A stretch of DNA of 64,000 bases. Source: Pelomyxa schiedti. Taxonomy: Eukaryota; Protista; Evosea. The notes beneath the pieces were generated by a model. It worked only from the letters and a program-made list of their open reading frames with translations. It made no database searches and had not been told where the DNA came from. Positions 23,101 to 37,767 of this stretch are shown here, one piece after another; within the stretch, counting starts at the first letter, position 1; every line of letters begins with the position of its first letter. The DNA lies in the NCBI GenBank assembly GCA_020536535.1, contig JAHLWZ010000093.1, positions 60,526 through 124,525 on the forward strand. The letters run 5' to 3'. The position numbers and the translations under genes were made by a program.

Positions 23101-24124
23101 ACCAAGATGGAACTGGTCAAAGCTAAAGGTAGTCTTGCTCCCAGGAACCATTTTTTAAATACTTTGTACAGACATGATGAAGCCTTGGGAAATGATGAGT
23201 TTCAGTGAAGGTGGGATCAAGAAACAACAGCACCAACATCTTGTAATGTACAATATGAGGCATTTCACTCGAACGTACCCCAAAGGCAGTCGAGTTGGTA
23301 TGCGCAGCAAGAATAAGCTACCAACAAACGTATCAACTATTTAGATTCCTCCAATTACGATCCCGTTGGATGCTGGCATGCAAGTTGCCAGATGGTGGCT
23401 CTTGTATGTAACCAAAAAAATGTTCTTGCTCTGAATGAGTTATAGAACTACCAAACCCCTGATGAACCGATGTGGATTCAACATGGGAAGTTCCGAGAAA
23501 ACGGAAGGTAACAATGGGTCTTGATAACTTCTAAACCGAGATAGATGTGGTTATCTTCTGAAGCCAGCTTATATGCGTGGAGGTCCAGCCGTTTCTGCTG
23601 GAAGGACAAGTGTCCGCATCACGGTAATTAGTTACATCCCTTTCACAACTTTAACAAAAAAAAGGTTTTTAGTGCGCGAAATCTTCCAAAGCTAAAAAAT
23701 TCAGTGGTTTCTCCTACTATTCAAATCTCTATGTGTGACAGCAACACAACAGAAACGCACCTGAAGACACGACCCATAGGTACAGCTCCGATTTACTTTA
23801 TTAAGCAGCTACTAATCAGCGCGCAGTTAACAATGGATTCAATCCGCAGTGGAATGAACAGAAGTTTTTCTATATCCGTTCAAGCGATACTGCAATGATT
23901 GTATTCTTAGTTGAAAGTGAAGAGCGAATGGGCTCCAAAAAGTACTCAAACCAAACAACAAAATAACTTCCATGACCAACAAACACACTAGGCTCGCACA
24001 AGCGGCCATTCCTGTGCCATGTGCACGTGAGGGGTTCCGCATAGTTCCCCTCAATGACCCTCATGGTAGACCCCTACCAATGTGCTACCTTTTCTGCAAG
24101 TTCGAGTTCAATGTAGCATTCTAG
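20180..24124 (+). CDS. PLC: Phosphoinositide-specific phospholipase C (PH-EF-X-Y-C2) with Gln/Met-rich N-terminus
   Basis: [91 protein letters not shown]2 NGFNPQWNE and GFRIVPL; many short introns. Confidence 0.93.
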
Positions 24125-24641
24125 TATTCAACAACAAAAATATTAAAGCCAAAAGAAAAAACCCCTATTCCTTTCAAACTTACATACAGTGCCTAGAACG
24201 AAAACACACAACCTCGGTGGAGTGTGATGTCCACCCGGTTTTGTGTTTTTGTTTAAAAGTGAGCAAATACCACTTACATGAGTGCTTACCTTTCGTTTAT
24301 TCGGCAAAATACCAAGTCCAACAGCGGAGCGGGAAAATGCCTGTTATGACTGAGTGCAAAACATTTTTGGAGAGTTTCGACCTCTTGACGGAAAGTAATC
24401 CTCCCGGATTGAGAGTTTATATCCTCCTCCATCCTCTGGGTTCGGAAAAAGTTTCACGAGAAAAAACAATTGACAGCATCATTGAAGAGTTGGGGTGATT
24501 GGCATCAGTCAATCAATCAACATTAGCCATTAGCTTTAGCGTTGCCTGTTAGTAACACTCTCTGGCTGTGAATGGAACTTATGTGAAGATTTACAATTGT
24601 GAATTTCCAGACTACAAGCAGTACGAATAGTGTATGTACTA

Positions 24642-27600
24642 CTAGGAGCGGTGGTCGCGGTCCCTGTGATGGTCTCTGTGTGATTCTCTGTCCCTATCTC
24701 TATCCCTGTCCCTGTCCCTGTGTGATTCTCTATCCCAGGACCTGTGATGGCGTTGTTGTGATTGTGACTGCGGTCTTGGGTCTCGGTCTTGGTCCCTGGA
24801 GCGTTGAGGTGGTGGGTTCATATCTATTGCTGCGGGGAATGTTAGTCTATTTGTAAGTGTCGGCCGGTTTTTTGTAACCCAAAGTGAAGAAATGAACTTG
24901 GGAGGGAGGGGAAGGGGCACACACCAACTTCAGAGCAGAACTCCTTGAAAACTTCCTCTAGGTCCCTTTGCGGTTGTGAATTTCGGTCTGGGTTACTGCA
25001 TGTGGTTGCCGGATGAGAGGGAGGCATGTGTGGGTTGTCTGATGGTTCCGGTTTGTTTGTTGGTAAGCCGGGAATTGCGGTGCCGCGGCCCATTCCGGGC
25101 ATCCCCCACATCATTGGAGGAGGCATCATACCAGGGGAGATTGGTGGCATCATTCCCGTAGGCAGCATCCCAGGGGGAACCATTCCGGTGGGAAGTGGTG
25201 GCATTCCGCGAGGAATTGGTGGTGGCATCATCCCGGGAGGGGGCATCATTCCGGGGGGGAAAGGAGGTGCCATGCCGGGGGGGAATGGTGGGAGAAGAGT
25301 CCCAGGAGGCATTGTAGAAACCATCCCGGGGTGAATGGGTGGTGGCATCATTTGCGGGTTCATTATGGCATAGGGGTTCACGAACCCACCAATTGGTGGA
25401 GTTGTCATGGGAATGTTTTGAGTCGTACTAGGCTTGCTTCCCTCTGGTGGGGCTGGCAGTTCCGTGGCCGGGTTCGTTTGAATTGGAGGGTAAAAATTAG
25501 GAGGCATGGGATATGTCATAAGAGTGCCCTGCATTTGCATCTGTGCCTGATTACCTTGCTCGGGAGCTGGTTGGCTTGGCAAGGAAGACATTGGGGGAAC
25601 AGGTAGCTGGGACTGAGGTTGCTGTTGGTTAGGGGCATTAGGGTGTTCCTGTTGCGTGTCACTAGGCCCTTGTTGGACCTGCTGAGTAACACGTTGGGAC
25701 TGAAATTGGATTTTCCGGTGTTTGTACTCTGAATCGGGGAAGGGGGGATTTTGTTGCGTGCTGTCAAGTTGCTGTGATGCTTCCAAGTAAGACTGCTGTT
25801 GCTCTTGGGGTAGAGACTGAAAACGTTGTTGGAACATCTGCAGGCGTTGTGTGACGATATCGTGCTTTGTCTGTAAGTTTTGTTGTGTCTGTTGATCATT
25901 AAGATTCTCGGCGGGAAATGACTCAGAGAGAGATTGTGTTTGCATAATTGGTTCAAGTGTAGCCTGGTTGTTTGGTTGATTGCTTGGAGGATAATACACT
26001 GAAGGTGCAAGAGGATTTACTGGGGTGCTGGAATTTTGTGGCTGCATATGTGATGGAAGCGGGAGTGGTGGCGGTGGTTGGAATGCTTGCTGCGGAAGTG
26101 TGGGCTGTTGCACTTGCTGTGGTGCCAGCTGTTGTTCCAGCTGGGGTAGTGTACTTTGAATGTGGTTGGTAAGGTTGTTGCGACCGCTTATCGAGTGAAT
26201 TTGCAACGATGGAAGTGGAGTGGGAGCTGATGCGGGTTCTGAAGGTGTGTTTGTCTTAGCCTGTGAGAAAAAGCTACCATGCGTACTGAAGGAATTTCCT
26301 TCCTGAAAAAGAATAAGGCCTACTTATTACTGTCAATAAGATACCTCTTTACTTGAACATAGCCAAGAGGGCAAAGGTCGTGACTTATTCTCTGATGGGT
26401 GACTTCTAGAAGAATTTAGCAGACCAAAAAGGTGAGAGGGTAACCTTTCAGGCAGTTTTGCTGAAGGTCTGGTATTTTCAGTGTCTGGCTTTCGAATGTT
26501 GCTCCCATGATGGTGCTGGTGATCGGTTTTCATCTTTCGGTTGTTAGGAAAGGATCATAGTATTGAGGTAACTCACCTTCTTATCTTCTTTTGGAGATAG
26601 CTCCCTGACAGGAGGCCACATTGCAGAGGGAACTGGGGGAGATGAATGAAGGGTGTTCTGATTTGGTTTCTCATCAGTGTTTGTTGTACTGGCTACTGGA
26701 TCTTGGGGAGGTGGCCACGGTATACTAGTCTCGGAGGTTTCTTCCTTTTGAGGAGGTAATAACTTATCCTCTTTCCGACTGTCGTTTCCCTGTTCCTTCT
26801 CCATTTCTTTTGTGATTGCGGAGTGTTCATTTTGCTTCTCGTCCAGTTTCTCTCCTTCTTTAGCTTTTCCTTTCTCGGGTTGTTCTTTCTCTTGCTGCTC
26901 TGTTGTGCTCGACTTATCATGGGGAGAGGCTGATGAGGAGGGGGTGGCTTGCGATACTGTTGTGCTAGAATTACTGGCTGAAGAGGAACTAGAACTAATA
27001 GACTGTGTAGTAGTTGCTTTTATTTTTGGAACAGGAAGTGCTTGAAGTTCCGGTTTTGAGGGACTTTCAGATGTAATCTTTGTTTACATGTTAGAATTGA
27101 AGGGAGTGTAGAGGAATACCTTGAGTGAACCTCGAAGATTCTTGACTGGTCGCCCAAGGGCAATTACATCATCCTGTGCCACAGGTGCTGGAGGAGCAGT
27201 CGGTCTGAGTTTTTTGTTTACTGGGGGGCTAAGAGTGTTTCGATTGAGAGACTGCAGAGTGATTTTGGGACTTGGTGATGATTTTGGAAGCTGGCTTGTT
27301 GAGGTGACCTTTGGCGATCTATTGGGGGTGCTACTGGATCTAAGTGCACATTTTGTTGCAGTTGCAAGTTTGGTGGGTGTTGATGGTTTAGCAGGAGTTT
27401 TGGTAGGTGGTAGTGGTTTTGGTGCAGCTGTTTTTGGTGGTTTTGGCAATGTTGATTTGGGTGTTTCTAGCTTCGGTGAGGCCGGTTTTGGTGAGACCGG
27501 CTTTGCTGCTGGTTTTCCTTGGGTTTTCAAATCCACCCCTTCCTGGGATTGTATTACTTGTTCTTTGGGTTTAGACTCACCCGACGCAGTGTCAGAGACG

Positions 27601-29521
27601 CGGCGTCTGATATGCTTCCTCAGTGGTGTTGGCGTTGTTGGTGTTGAAGCGGGAAGGCTAGAGTCCAAGGTGGCAGAGCTGGAAGAGGAAGCTTGTGCTT
27701 CTTCTGCACTAGAAGTTGAGACAGTTGGTGTTGGATCACTTGAGGAGTCCTTCTCGATCTTAGTCTCACTTACATTCTTTTTAGGCTTTGTCTCTTTCTC
27801 TTTTAGTTTGGACTTACTTGTCCTTCCCTTCTTCTTTTTTGGGGTTTCTGGTTCTGACTTACTCCCTCTCTTGGAGTGGCTTTTTTCCTTTTGCCTCCTT
27901 TTGTATGGCCTTTTTGCTCGCTTTGTTGTTTTGCCAGTAGCTTTTTTCTCGAGATCTGAAAGAGAGGCCTCACCATTGTTAAATTGAGTGGCTTGCTCAA
28001 ATGCAAGTTCCCACTGTGCTCGCTTCACTGGTTTGACAGTTTTAGATTGGAATAGGCACACTTTATCGTGATTTGCCCAGCCACTGGAGTTATCAGGTAA
28101 GCAAAGCACAATAAAAATTATTCATACAATTCCCATGTGCCAAAAAACCGGACAAGAATTTCTTTGCCGTTTCTTTGAGCAAGAACATTTTCTGGTGCTT
28201 CCTCTGGGTCATAGACCTAAGAAAGTAAATTTTCAAAAAGGACAGTGAAAGAATTACAATAGCAGGCCACGTGGGGGAACCAGGATAGTCAACCCATAAA
28301 ATATCATCTGAAGAAAAACCTCCAAATTCTCCCCTACCTTCAAGTCCTTTGACCTACAGTCAAAAGTATTTGGTAAGAGAACTGTATGAATTCAAGTCTA
28401 CACACTTTTGGGTCTTCACAAAGTGGCCTTCGGGGACCAATCACAGCACTTGTTTCAGGGAAAACATCTAAAAGTATAATTTAGTGCAGGGAAAAAAGGC
28501 ATAATCTCCTACCATAAAATGGTTCATCCCTATCATGTAAATCAATGAGAATCCGTCTTGGCTGAGCCTGTATTGGCTTTTCGGCTCTAGGTTTGTTGGC
28601 CCGCCTCTCTTTCATTACCAATAACAAGCTGCCCACTGGTTCATCTGATTCTTGGTCTGTTTCCGTTTCTTGTTCTTCTTGATCCCCAACAGCCACTTTC
28701 GATGGTGTCGTGGGCACTGGTTTATCTGGTTTATCCTTATTCCTTGTCTCTTGTGCGACATCCTGCATAACTTCATCATCTTTAGGTTTCAAATGTCTAT
28801 CTGCGTGTTCCTCTGCACTTTCTGGCTCTTGTTTTGCTTTATGCTGTTCCTCCTCACGGCTTTCTTCCAGTTCCTTCCTGGAATCCTCTTCTTCGTGTTG
28901 ATCCTGCACTTTTTGCTGAGTATTGCAGCCTTCATCACCAACATGGTGCTGCTGCTGGTACTCCACTACGTCGGTGCTCTTTTCATTGAACAATACACCG
29001 TCGTCGTCGTCTGCATCCACACTATCATTCTCCCTGTCCTTTTCCTTGTCCACTACATCATCATCACCACCACCAGCACCATTCTCCCTTGGTTGGCCTA
29101 CACTATCCTCTGGCTTTTCCTCGCGTCCTTCTTCTTGTCCTTGTCCTCGTTCTTCTTGGTGCTGTTGTTGTTGTTGCGTGTTGTGTTGTGGCTGCAACAT
29201 TTCATGATCATCATCCGCTTTTTCGGGAGCTACGACGGTGTCGGTTTTGTCCGCCAGTTGTTGTGGTTGTTGCTCTTGTACTACTGTTACATTCGACTTG
29301 TCGTCGTCGGCGTCGGTGTTGTTTGTTTGTGTCTGTGGTTGTGGCTGTGGTTGCGGCTGTGGTTGCTCGACTTGTTCTTTTTCGCACTTTTGTTCAGTCG
29401 CCGCCTTTTCGCATGTTGGTACCGCAACCACGTCCACATTGACGGCGTCGGTTGTTTTGGTGGACGCGATTGCGTAGGCTGTCGCTCCCGTTGTTGTCGT
29501 GTCGGGCGTCTCTACGCTCAT
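24642..29521 (-). CDS. PWWP-domain chromatin-associated protein with acidic N-terminus, Pro/Met-rich and RD-rich C-terminus
   Basis: DILWVDYPGSPTWPA/VYDP...ILVRFFGT..GWA (PWWP) at ~28070-28310; PPGMMPP repeats and RDRDRD tail. Could be more than one gene. Confidence 0.65.
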
Positions 29522-29755
29522 CGCTCCGATCTTCTGAATGTTTCGAATTTTTTGATTGCAGTTCGGTGACCGCGAACGCTGATGGACCCTATGGTGGTCT
29601 GGATCGAGAAGATAAATCACATCGAGCGGTGGTTTGGGAGTGAAGGCGCGTTGGGCTTGGTAAAGGTGGAAGGGAGTTGTAATTTTATACATGTTATAAA
29701 CACAAGGCAAAATTTGTCCTTACAGTGGGGGTGTTGGTTACCTCGATAGTGTGGT

Positions 29756-32668
29756 TCATAGACCGGTTGTTGGTGGGAGGGTTGGAAGTGGCCCACAAAT
29801 GGAATCGCGGATTCTATTGTGAACTTCAGAAGAGAGGTTCACTTCCAGAGTGCAACCGTGGCCAACATATGTGCGGTATAGTCTGGAAGCCTCTACGGCA
29901 AGTTGTTTCTGTGCAGCCGGGTTAGGGGCGGAATATTGTGAAAGAAGGATACGCACGGGTGACGGATTCCGCATGTTGCTAAACGCGGTGGCTTCTTCCA
30001 GGAACAATAGATTCTCTATGGCTTGCTTGGTCATCAGAAATTTACGGAAGTCGCTGGCGAGAATAGGTTGACTCAGAACAAATGCAACACTCAGATGAGG
30101 TGATTTTGTCTTGCTGTTGCATTTTTCCAGCAGCTGCTGTGCCTGCTTTGTAACTGTTGAACGGTCAGCCGTCTAGTAAATATGTTAAGCTATTACTTGA
30201 CCAGCCGGGGAGAAGGGAAAATGTAAGAGTGTCAGTTATCTCGACCATGGCCTCTTTGAATACAGACTGCAGAGGCAGAATCTAGAAGATACAATTAGTG
30301 GGGAAAAAAATATGGAGGTGTAGGCAGAACCTTCTCAGCAGGTTCCAACTGGGGTTGTGAAGTATGTGCGAGTGTCGGTTCTGAGCTCTGAGTCTCATCT
30401 TCGGTGTTGGGTGCTTTACTTGGGGGCTCAATCGACAGTGCTTGTGCAAGGGAAAGAACTTGAGTTTCATCAGCGGATGAACTGTCGGTGTCAGTTTTCT
30501 TGTGAAGAAGGGACTGGAAGGAGAATCGCGGTGTTTTTGATGTGTGTTTGGGACTCCTTGATCCGTCTGGGGGAAGTGTTGGCGATGATGATGGTGATAC
30601 CGACGGAGATAAAGAAGAGGATAGGGATAAAGAGGGGGACTTGGGTAGGATTGCCTGCACAGGGCGTTGAAGTTCAGAAGGGGTATGAGACTTGAGCAGC
30701 TGCGATGGTACTGTTGCTGAAGCGGAGAGGGATGTAGTTATATACACTGTTTTACGTTTATCTGCTCTTGACATCGAAGGGGCGGAGTACTGTCCAAAGC
30801 GTTCCTTTACTAATCAAGTTAGGCACAGGATAGTGCAGTAAGGAATTACATTGTTCACTTGGAAAGTCCGGAGGCCATTCTGGAACAATACTTGACCGCG
30901 ACTCGTTTGAGCATGACGGGAACTTCGGAAATACTGGTGAGAGTGACGGGGAGGGTGTTAAAGATGGAGTCGAGGATGGAGTTGTGCTCGGGGATCCTTT
31001 TGGGGATGTGGGATGCAGCTGAAGTGGGGGAAGGACCCCAGGGCTATTCTTGAGATATTGTCTGGATAGGTCACCTGACTTTCTCAGTGTTATTCCCCCG
31101 GCAACAAGATCCATGATCCTATGAACTCTGCTGGGTGAGGAAGATTCTTGACTTCTCTGGCGTGCACTATACTCTAACTTGGCTAGGTTCTTCGGAGAGC
31201 CTTCACAGTCTGTGGAGTCCACTGGGGGTGTATACAAACGTGGGCAGGGGGGACTGGTATCCACAGCAGCAACATTGTCCCCGTCTTTCAAAGTCTCAGA
31301 GAGTGAAAGACCCACTTGAAGTAATGTTGGATTGGAGGCCGGAGTTTCTGTAGAAGCCTTGTTTTCATCATTGAAAAAATTGAGTGGAGATTTCTCTGCT
31401 GCAGAATGCTCCCGAGGTTCTTGGCTCTGTGGAAGAGGGTGCCGAGTTGTGGGTGGTGTATAATCTCCGGAGTCGACAGTACTGCCCTTGGCCTCACCGC
31501 CCTTCTCCAAAGATGAGAACTCACATCCTTCACTCTGTAGTTGTTGTGACACTTGACGGGGTGATATAGTAGTTGCACTCGGTTGGCTCGCATTCAGGTC
31601 TCCGTGCTCGTTCCTATCTTTTCTCATTAGAGCGGCCTTGATTCTAAGACTGACACTAGGGTAGTTAGCCTTTCCCTTCATTGGGCTATCAGATTGGGCC
31701 CTGTCCCGGATTGACCTCCCTGACCTCGTCCTAGTCCTATCACTCCCCGGTGTTCCCGGCAACTTCGGTACTTTCACAAGCTCCTTTTCTTCCAGTCCCG
31801 TGCCCTCGACATGCCCTATCTTCTGCGGGTCACTGGAATTTTGCTCTTGCACCTGGCATTGACTAGTACTTTGTTCTTGGGCCGGTCTAGGAGCTTCCAG
31901 CTGCTGCTGGCCTTGTTCCTGTGGTTCCTCTTTATCCTGGTGTTTCTGTGCTGGTGACGGCGAAGTAACCCTTGGGAGGGGCCCAGCAGAGTGCCTGTGG
32001 TGACGGTGTTTGTGCCGGCTGCTACTTGTACTAGCACTACTACTACTAGTAGTAGTAGTTGTGGTAGTGTTGATGGTATTGGGAATTATGGGGGAGGATG
32101 ACGCGGCGGTTGGGTCCCAGTCGCTGTCGGCAGCCGTTGTTGTGGTCGTGGCAGCAGGGGACTCGGTGATCCCGTTGGCAACAACAGGGAACGGCAGGCA
32201 CTTCCTGTGCCTGCTGGTCGACGGCGATTGTGACTGCGATTGCGATTGCGATTGCGATTGCGATTGCGATTGTGGGTGTTCCATTCCTCCTTCTCCATCT
32301 CCTTCTCCCCCTCCTAGATCCAGATCGGCACTAGCACTCAGTGGTGCCGCGGGCGGGGGGGTTGTGTCGGCCGGGTCGCGGAGGGGCACGCCCATGCACG
32401 ATCGGGGCCGCCGGTGCTTGCGGGGGGTAGCCGCGGCCTGGGGGAGGAGCGGCGGCTCGGGGACGACGGACGGGGAGGGGCTGCGAGACGACGAGGAGGA
32501 GGTGGTGGAGGGGGAGCGGGCGTGGCGGCGGTGGGTGGCGTGGTGGCGGCCGGTGCTGTGGGTGCGGGCGTGGGCCGCGTGGGGCGAGAGCGAGGAGGCC
32601 GTGGCGGCGTAGGGGGTTCCTACTAGTAGTATTGGCGGAGTGGTACTGGTGTCCACAGCCTCGATCAT
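29756..32668 (-). CDS. RGS-domain protein with long Ser/Pro-rich N-terminal region
   Basis: LSQPILASDFRKFLMTKQAIENLLFLEE...ASRLYRTYVGHGCTLEVNLSSEVHNRI is an RGS signature. Start uncertain (ORF open to 32860). Confidence 0.75.
32224..32270. repeat. (GCGATT)n microsatellite encoding poly-QS
   Basis: Tandem hexamers visible in sequence. Confidence 0.85.
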
Positions 32669-33662
32669 CGGTAAAAACGAATTTCGTGTGTTGTTCCAAA
32701 GAGCGACCTTGATGATATTGCATTTCGTTGATTTTATTGAAAATACAGACAGGCTCCGAGTGTTGTTGGGGGGTGGGTTCCCCACTGATTGACCATACCC
32801 GACAGCAAGCGTTCCGTGACAACCATCGAGGTGAGATTTAACGTTCACCACAAAACCCACGACTGCACATTGTTAACAAACAAAGATGTCACGCTGTTCT
32901 TGCAGATAGCGACACATGTGGTGGTGAGCGACGTGCCAAGTCTGCATGAGTTGGTGCAGTTGCAGGTTACCCTCCTTTGTTTCATTGTTATATATATTTT
33001 TACTTCAGGTTTTTATATTTTATTTTCGTTTTCCCCCTCTACTATTTCCACTATTTCTTCCACCATTTTTTTACTATTTCTTCTACTATTTCTCAAAAAA
33101 AAAAAAAAGCCAACATTTCTGTCATGCAGACCATCGGAACCACCGGTGCAGACAATACATACGAATCCAATGCATGATGGTGGATTCCCAGACATATTAG
33201 AGATTCCCCTGGTAACCATTCATTCCTTATATAGGTTTTTTTTTCGTTTAATTGGACTATAGATACTATTTCTTCCAACTAGACGGTGTGGTCTAAATAC
33301 TGGCCCCTCCATATCAAAACCCCTTACATCCTCAGGGAAATTTCTCGTCTCTACGAAATGTTGCATGAATACTTCACTTTCTCTGTACTTGGAAAAGCAA
33401 ATAGGACTGTGGCTGATTGTTGGAGGAACAAAATTTGGTGTTGCCCTGAAGATTCATGCTCAGTTCCATGATGACTAAATTGTGGGTCCTTAAGGCCACA
33501 GACCGAACATAATAAAAGAGAATTCTCCACACGCCTCTTCACGACCTCCGCACACTTAATCCCATGGGTGCCATTCATTTTTGATGGAAGGTACCTGAGT
33601 GGAACAAAAAAAAAATCAACTGTGGAAGAAGAAGTATCGGATACATAGACCGAAAACGCAAG

Positions 33663-35725
<2,063 letters not shown>

Positions 35726-35827
35726 GTACAAATGCAAACCGCATTCAAAAAACCCCAGCACTCAGTTTTTTTGTTGGCCATCAATTACAAGAATTATTAA
35801 TTAGACGAGTAGAGGCACAGGCAGGCC

Positions 35828-37005
35828 ATGGCAGCGGTGGTACGTACGCGGATCTGCGTCTGTATGTGTGGCGTGGTGTGTTTATTGATGGGTTGATAGG
35901 ATGAATTCAGGGACATCACTGTGAAGGTTTTGGTGGTGGGCGAGGCTGGTGCTGGTACATTCTCCTCTTATGACTTGTTGTTGTGCTTGTTGGGAGTTTT
36001 TGTTTTTTTTTTGTGGATAATTTGCCTCGAGGTAAGACTTGCTTGATTAAAAGAAGTGTTACGGGACTGTTTTTATCCAACTACAAGGCAACAGTACGTT
36101 TTCTCTCAACTGCAACTTAGTATTTGTATTGAACACTTTCAGGTTGGGGTAGACTTTGCATTGAAAAAGGTGCAGTGGGATCCAAACTTACAGGTTAAAA
36201 TGCAGCTGTGGGATATTGCAGGTATTTTCTCCTTTTTCTGTTCCGTTTTATAACATAGTAACAGGGCAAGAGCAATTTGCTTCCCTCACAAGGGTTCGCA
36301 TTCCTTTTTTTGTGTGTGTCCACTAAGGTTCCACAAAAGGTGTATTATAGAGATGCTGTTGGGGCTTTTATTGTTTTCGATGTAACAAGTACCTAGTACC
36401 ACTCCCATTTGAGGTATGCATTCACCTTTAACAGGCAGAAATTCATATGCGGCAACTCTCGTTTGGAAAAAAGATATTGACGAAAAGGTTGCATTCCCCT
36501 TACATCGGCTTCTTATCATTGATCACCTCACAGGTGACAGTAGGACCGGATAAAAAACCGATTCCCTGCATTCTTCTAGTTAATAAGGTTCGCTCACGCT
36601 CTTCTAAGTTTTCGTTTTTCCACCGCAAATGTAGTACGATTTACCAAAAGAAACACACGTCGTAGCGGAACCAGATTTGAATAAATTTGTGGAGGACAAT
36701 AACTTCTGTGGATGGTATTTAGTACGTTTAGATTTATGATCATTCACCACCATTCAGGTTCTTCACAAGTGCCAAAGACAACCTGGGTATAGAAGATGCC
36801 ATCCGAGGCCTCACTGGGTTTGTTTTATGTTTGTAATTATGTAAATAATAACCCATTACTCAACAACAGCAAAATTCTGGAGATACAACCACCTGAGGTT
36901 CTTGCTGACCCAGAACCAGAGAACCCAGGCACTGTAGTCCTGGAAGCCGCCGATCCCGAGGATGACACCGTACCAGCAAAGAAATCTTCGGGCTGTGACT
37001 GTTGA
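35828..37005 (+). CDS. Rab32/38/29-like small GTPase
   Basis: GEAGAGKT, YKATVGVDFALK, WDIAGQE (Rab32-family signature), TRVYYRDAVGA, PIPCILLVNK, FTSAK, C-terminal CDC prenylation motif. Confidence 0.92.
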
Positions 37006-37153
37006 CCGACATCAGCATCAATCCGTGGTACTAATCCAACAAAAAGATTGTACAAACAACATATTGCCAAACAACAGAAACAACCACTAAAAAAACTTGA
37101 TCTCAAAGTAATAATAAGTCTGACACTAAAATATGATATTCCAATTGTAAGAG

Positions 37154-37677
37154 TCAAAAGGGCAGGTTGTCATCAAACCAATCGCCAGAATTCCACACAA
37201 TCAACATTGTCACAACAATGAAGAGAAGAGCACCACCCAGTGTGACACCAACAGTCATCCAAATAATAAGCTCTTTGGTTTGTGTCACTGCAATAGAGTG
37301 TTAAGTCAGTTTCTGCATGATCATGCAATTGGGGAGAATTACATAGGCCCAGGACCAGGCCCACAGAGAGACCAACAGCAGTCAATGAGCAACATCCACA
37401 AATCATCATGAAGGGCCAGAACACACACAAACCCGAAGAGTTGGGCTTGGGTGCCCCATTACACACTAGGCATCCACACAAGCATGACCTCTGTTGTAAG
37501 GTATTCCGAAAGTATGTTTTCGCTTTATGTGGGGGTGTGGCCACACACCTCCACGTCGTCCCCAGCCACTGTATTGGAACAAATACAAGTTACTATGCAG
37601 AAGACCACACACGAGACCACCGCACATGCCACAGCCACTCCAGCCACGCCTCCCATTGTCAATAACTCCCCTGTCAT
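37154..37677 (-). CDS. Small Cys-rich three-TM membrane protein, paralog 1 (3 exons)
   Basis: MTGELLTMGGVAGVAVACAVVSCVVFCIVTCIC / CLVCNGAPKPNSSGLCVFWPFMMICGCCSL..GL / TQTKELIIWMTVGVTLGGALLFIVVTMLIVWNSG..FDDNLPF; same exon structure as 40674-41210. Confidence 0.75.
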
Positions 37678-37767
37678 TGCCTGCCAAAGCAAAGACAGTC
37701 TGTTTTGATGGGTTCTCGCTGCTGAAAAAATGATTGCACTTCAGTATTCTTGGAAGAGTCGAGTCGG

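Noticed and set aside
24082-24498. 138-aa ORF after PLC (and exon-like 53588-53824)
   Set aside because: No recognisable motifs or consistent gene model; cannot be supported as genes.
28652-29569. 305-aa hydrophobic ORF resembling a multi-pass membrane protein (likewise 27121-27987 and 5102-5668)
   Set aside because: Antisense shadow of Glu/Gln/Lys/Thr-rich coding sequence on the minus strand.
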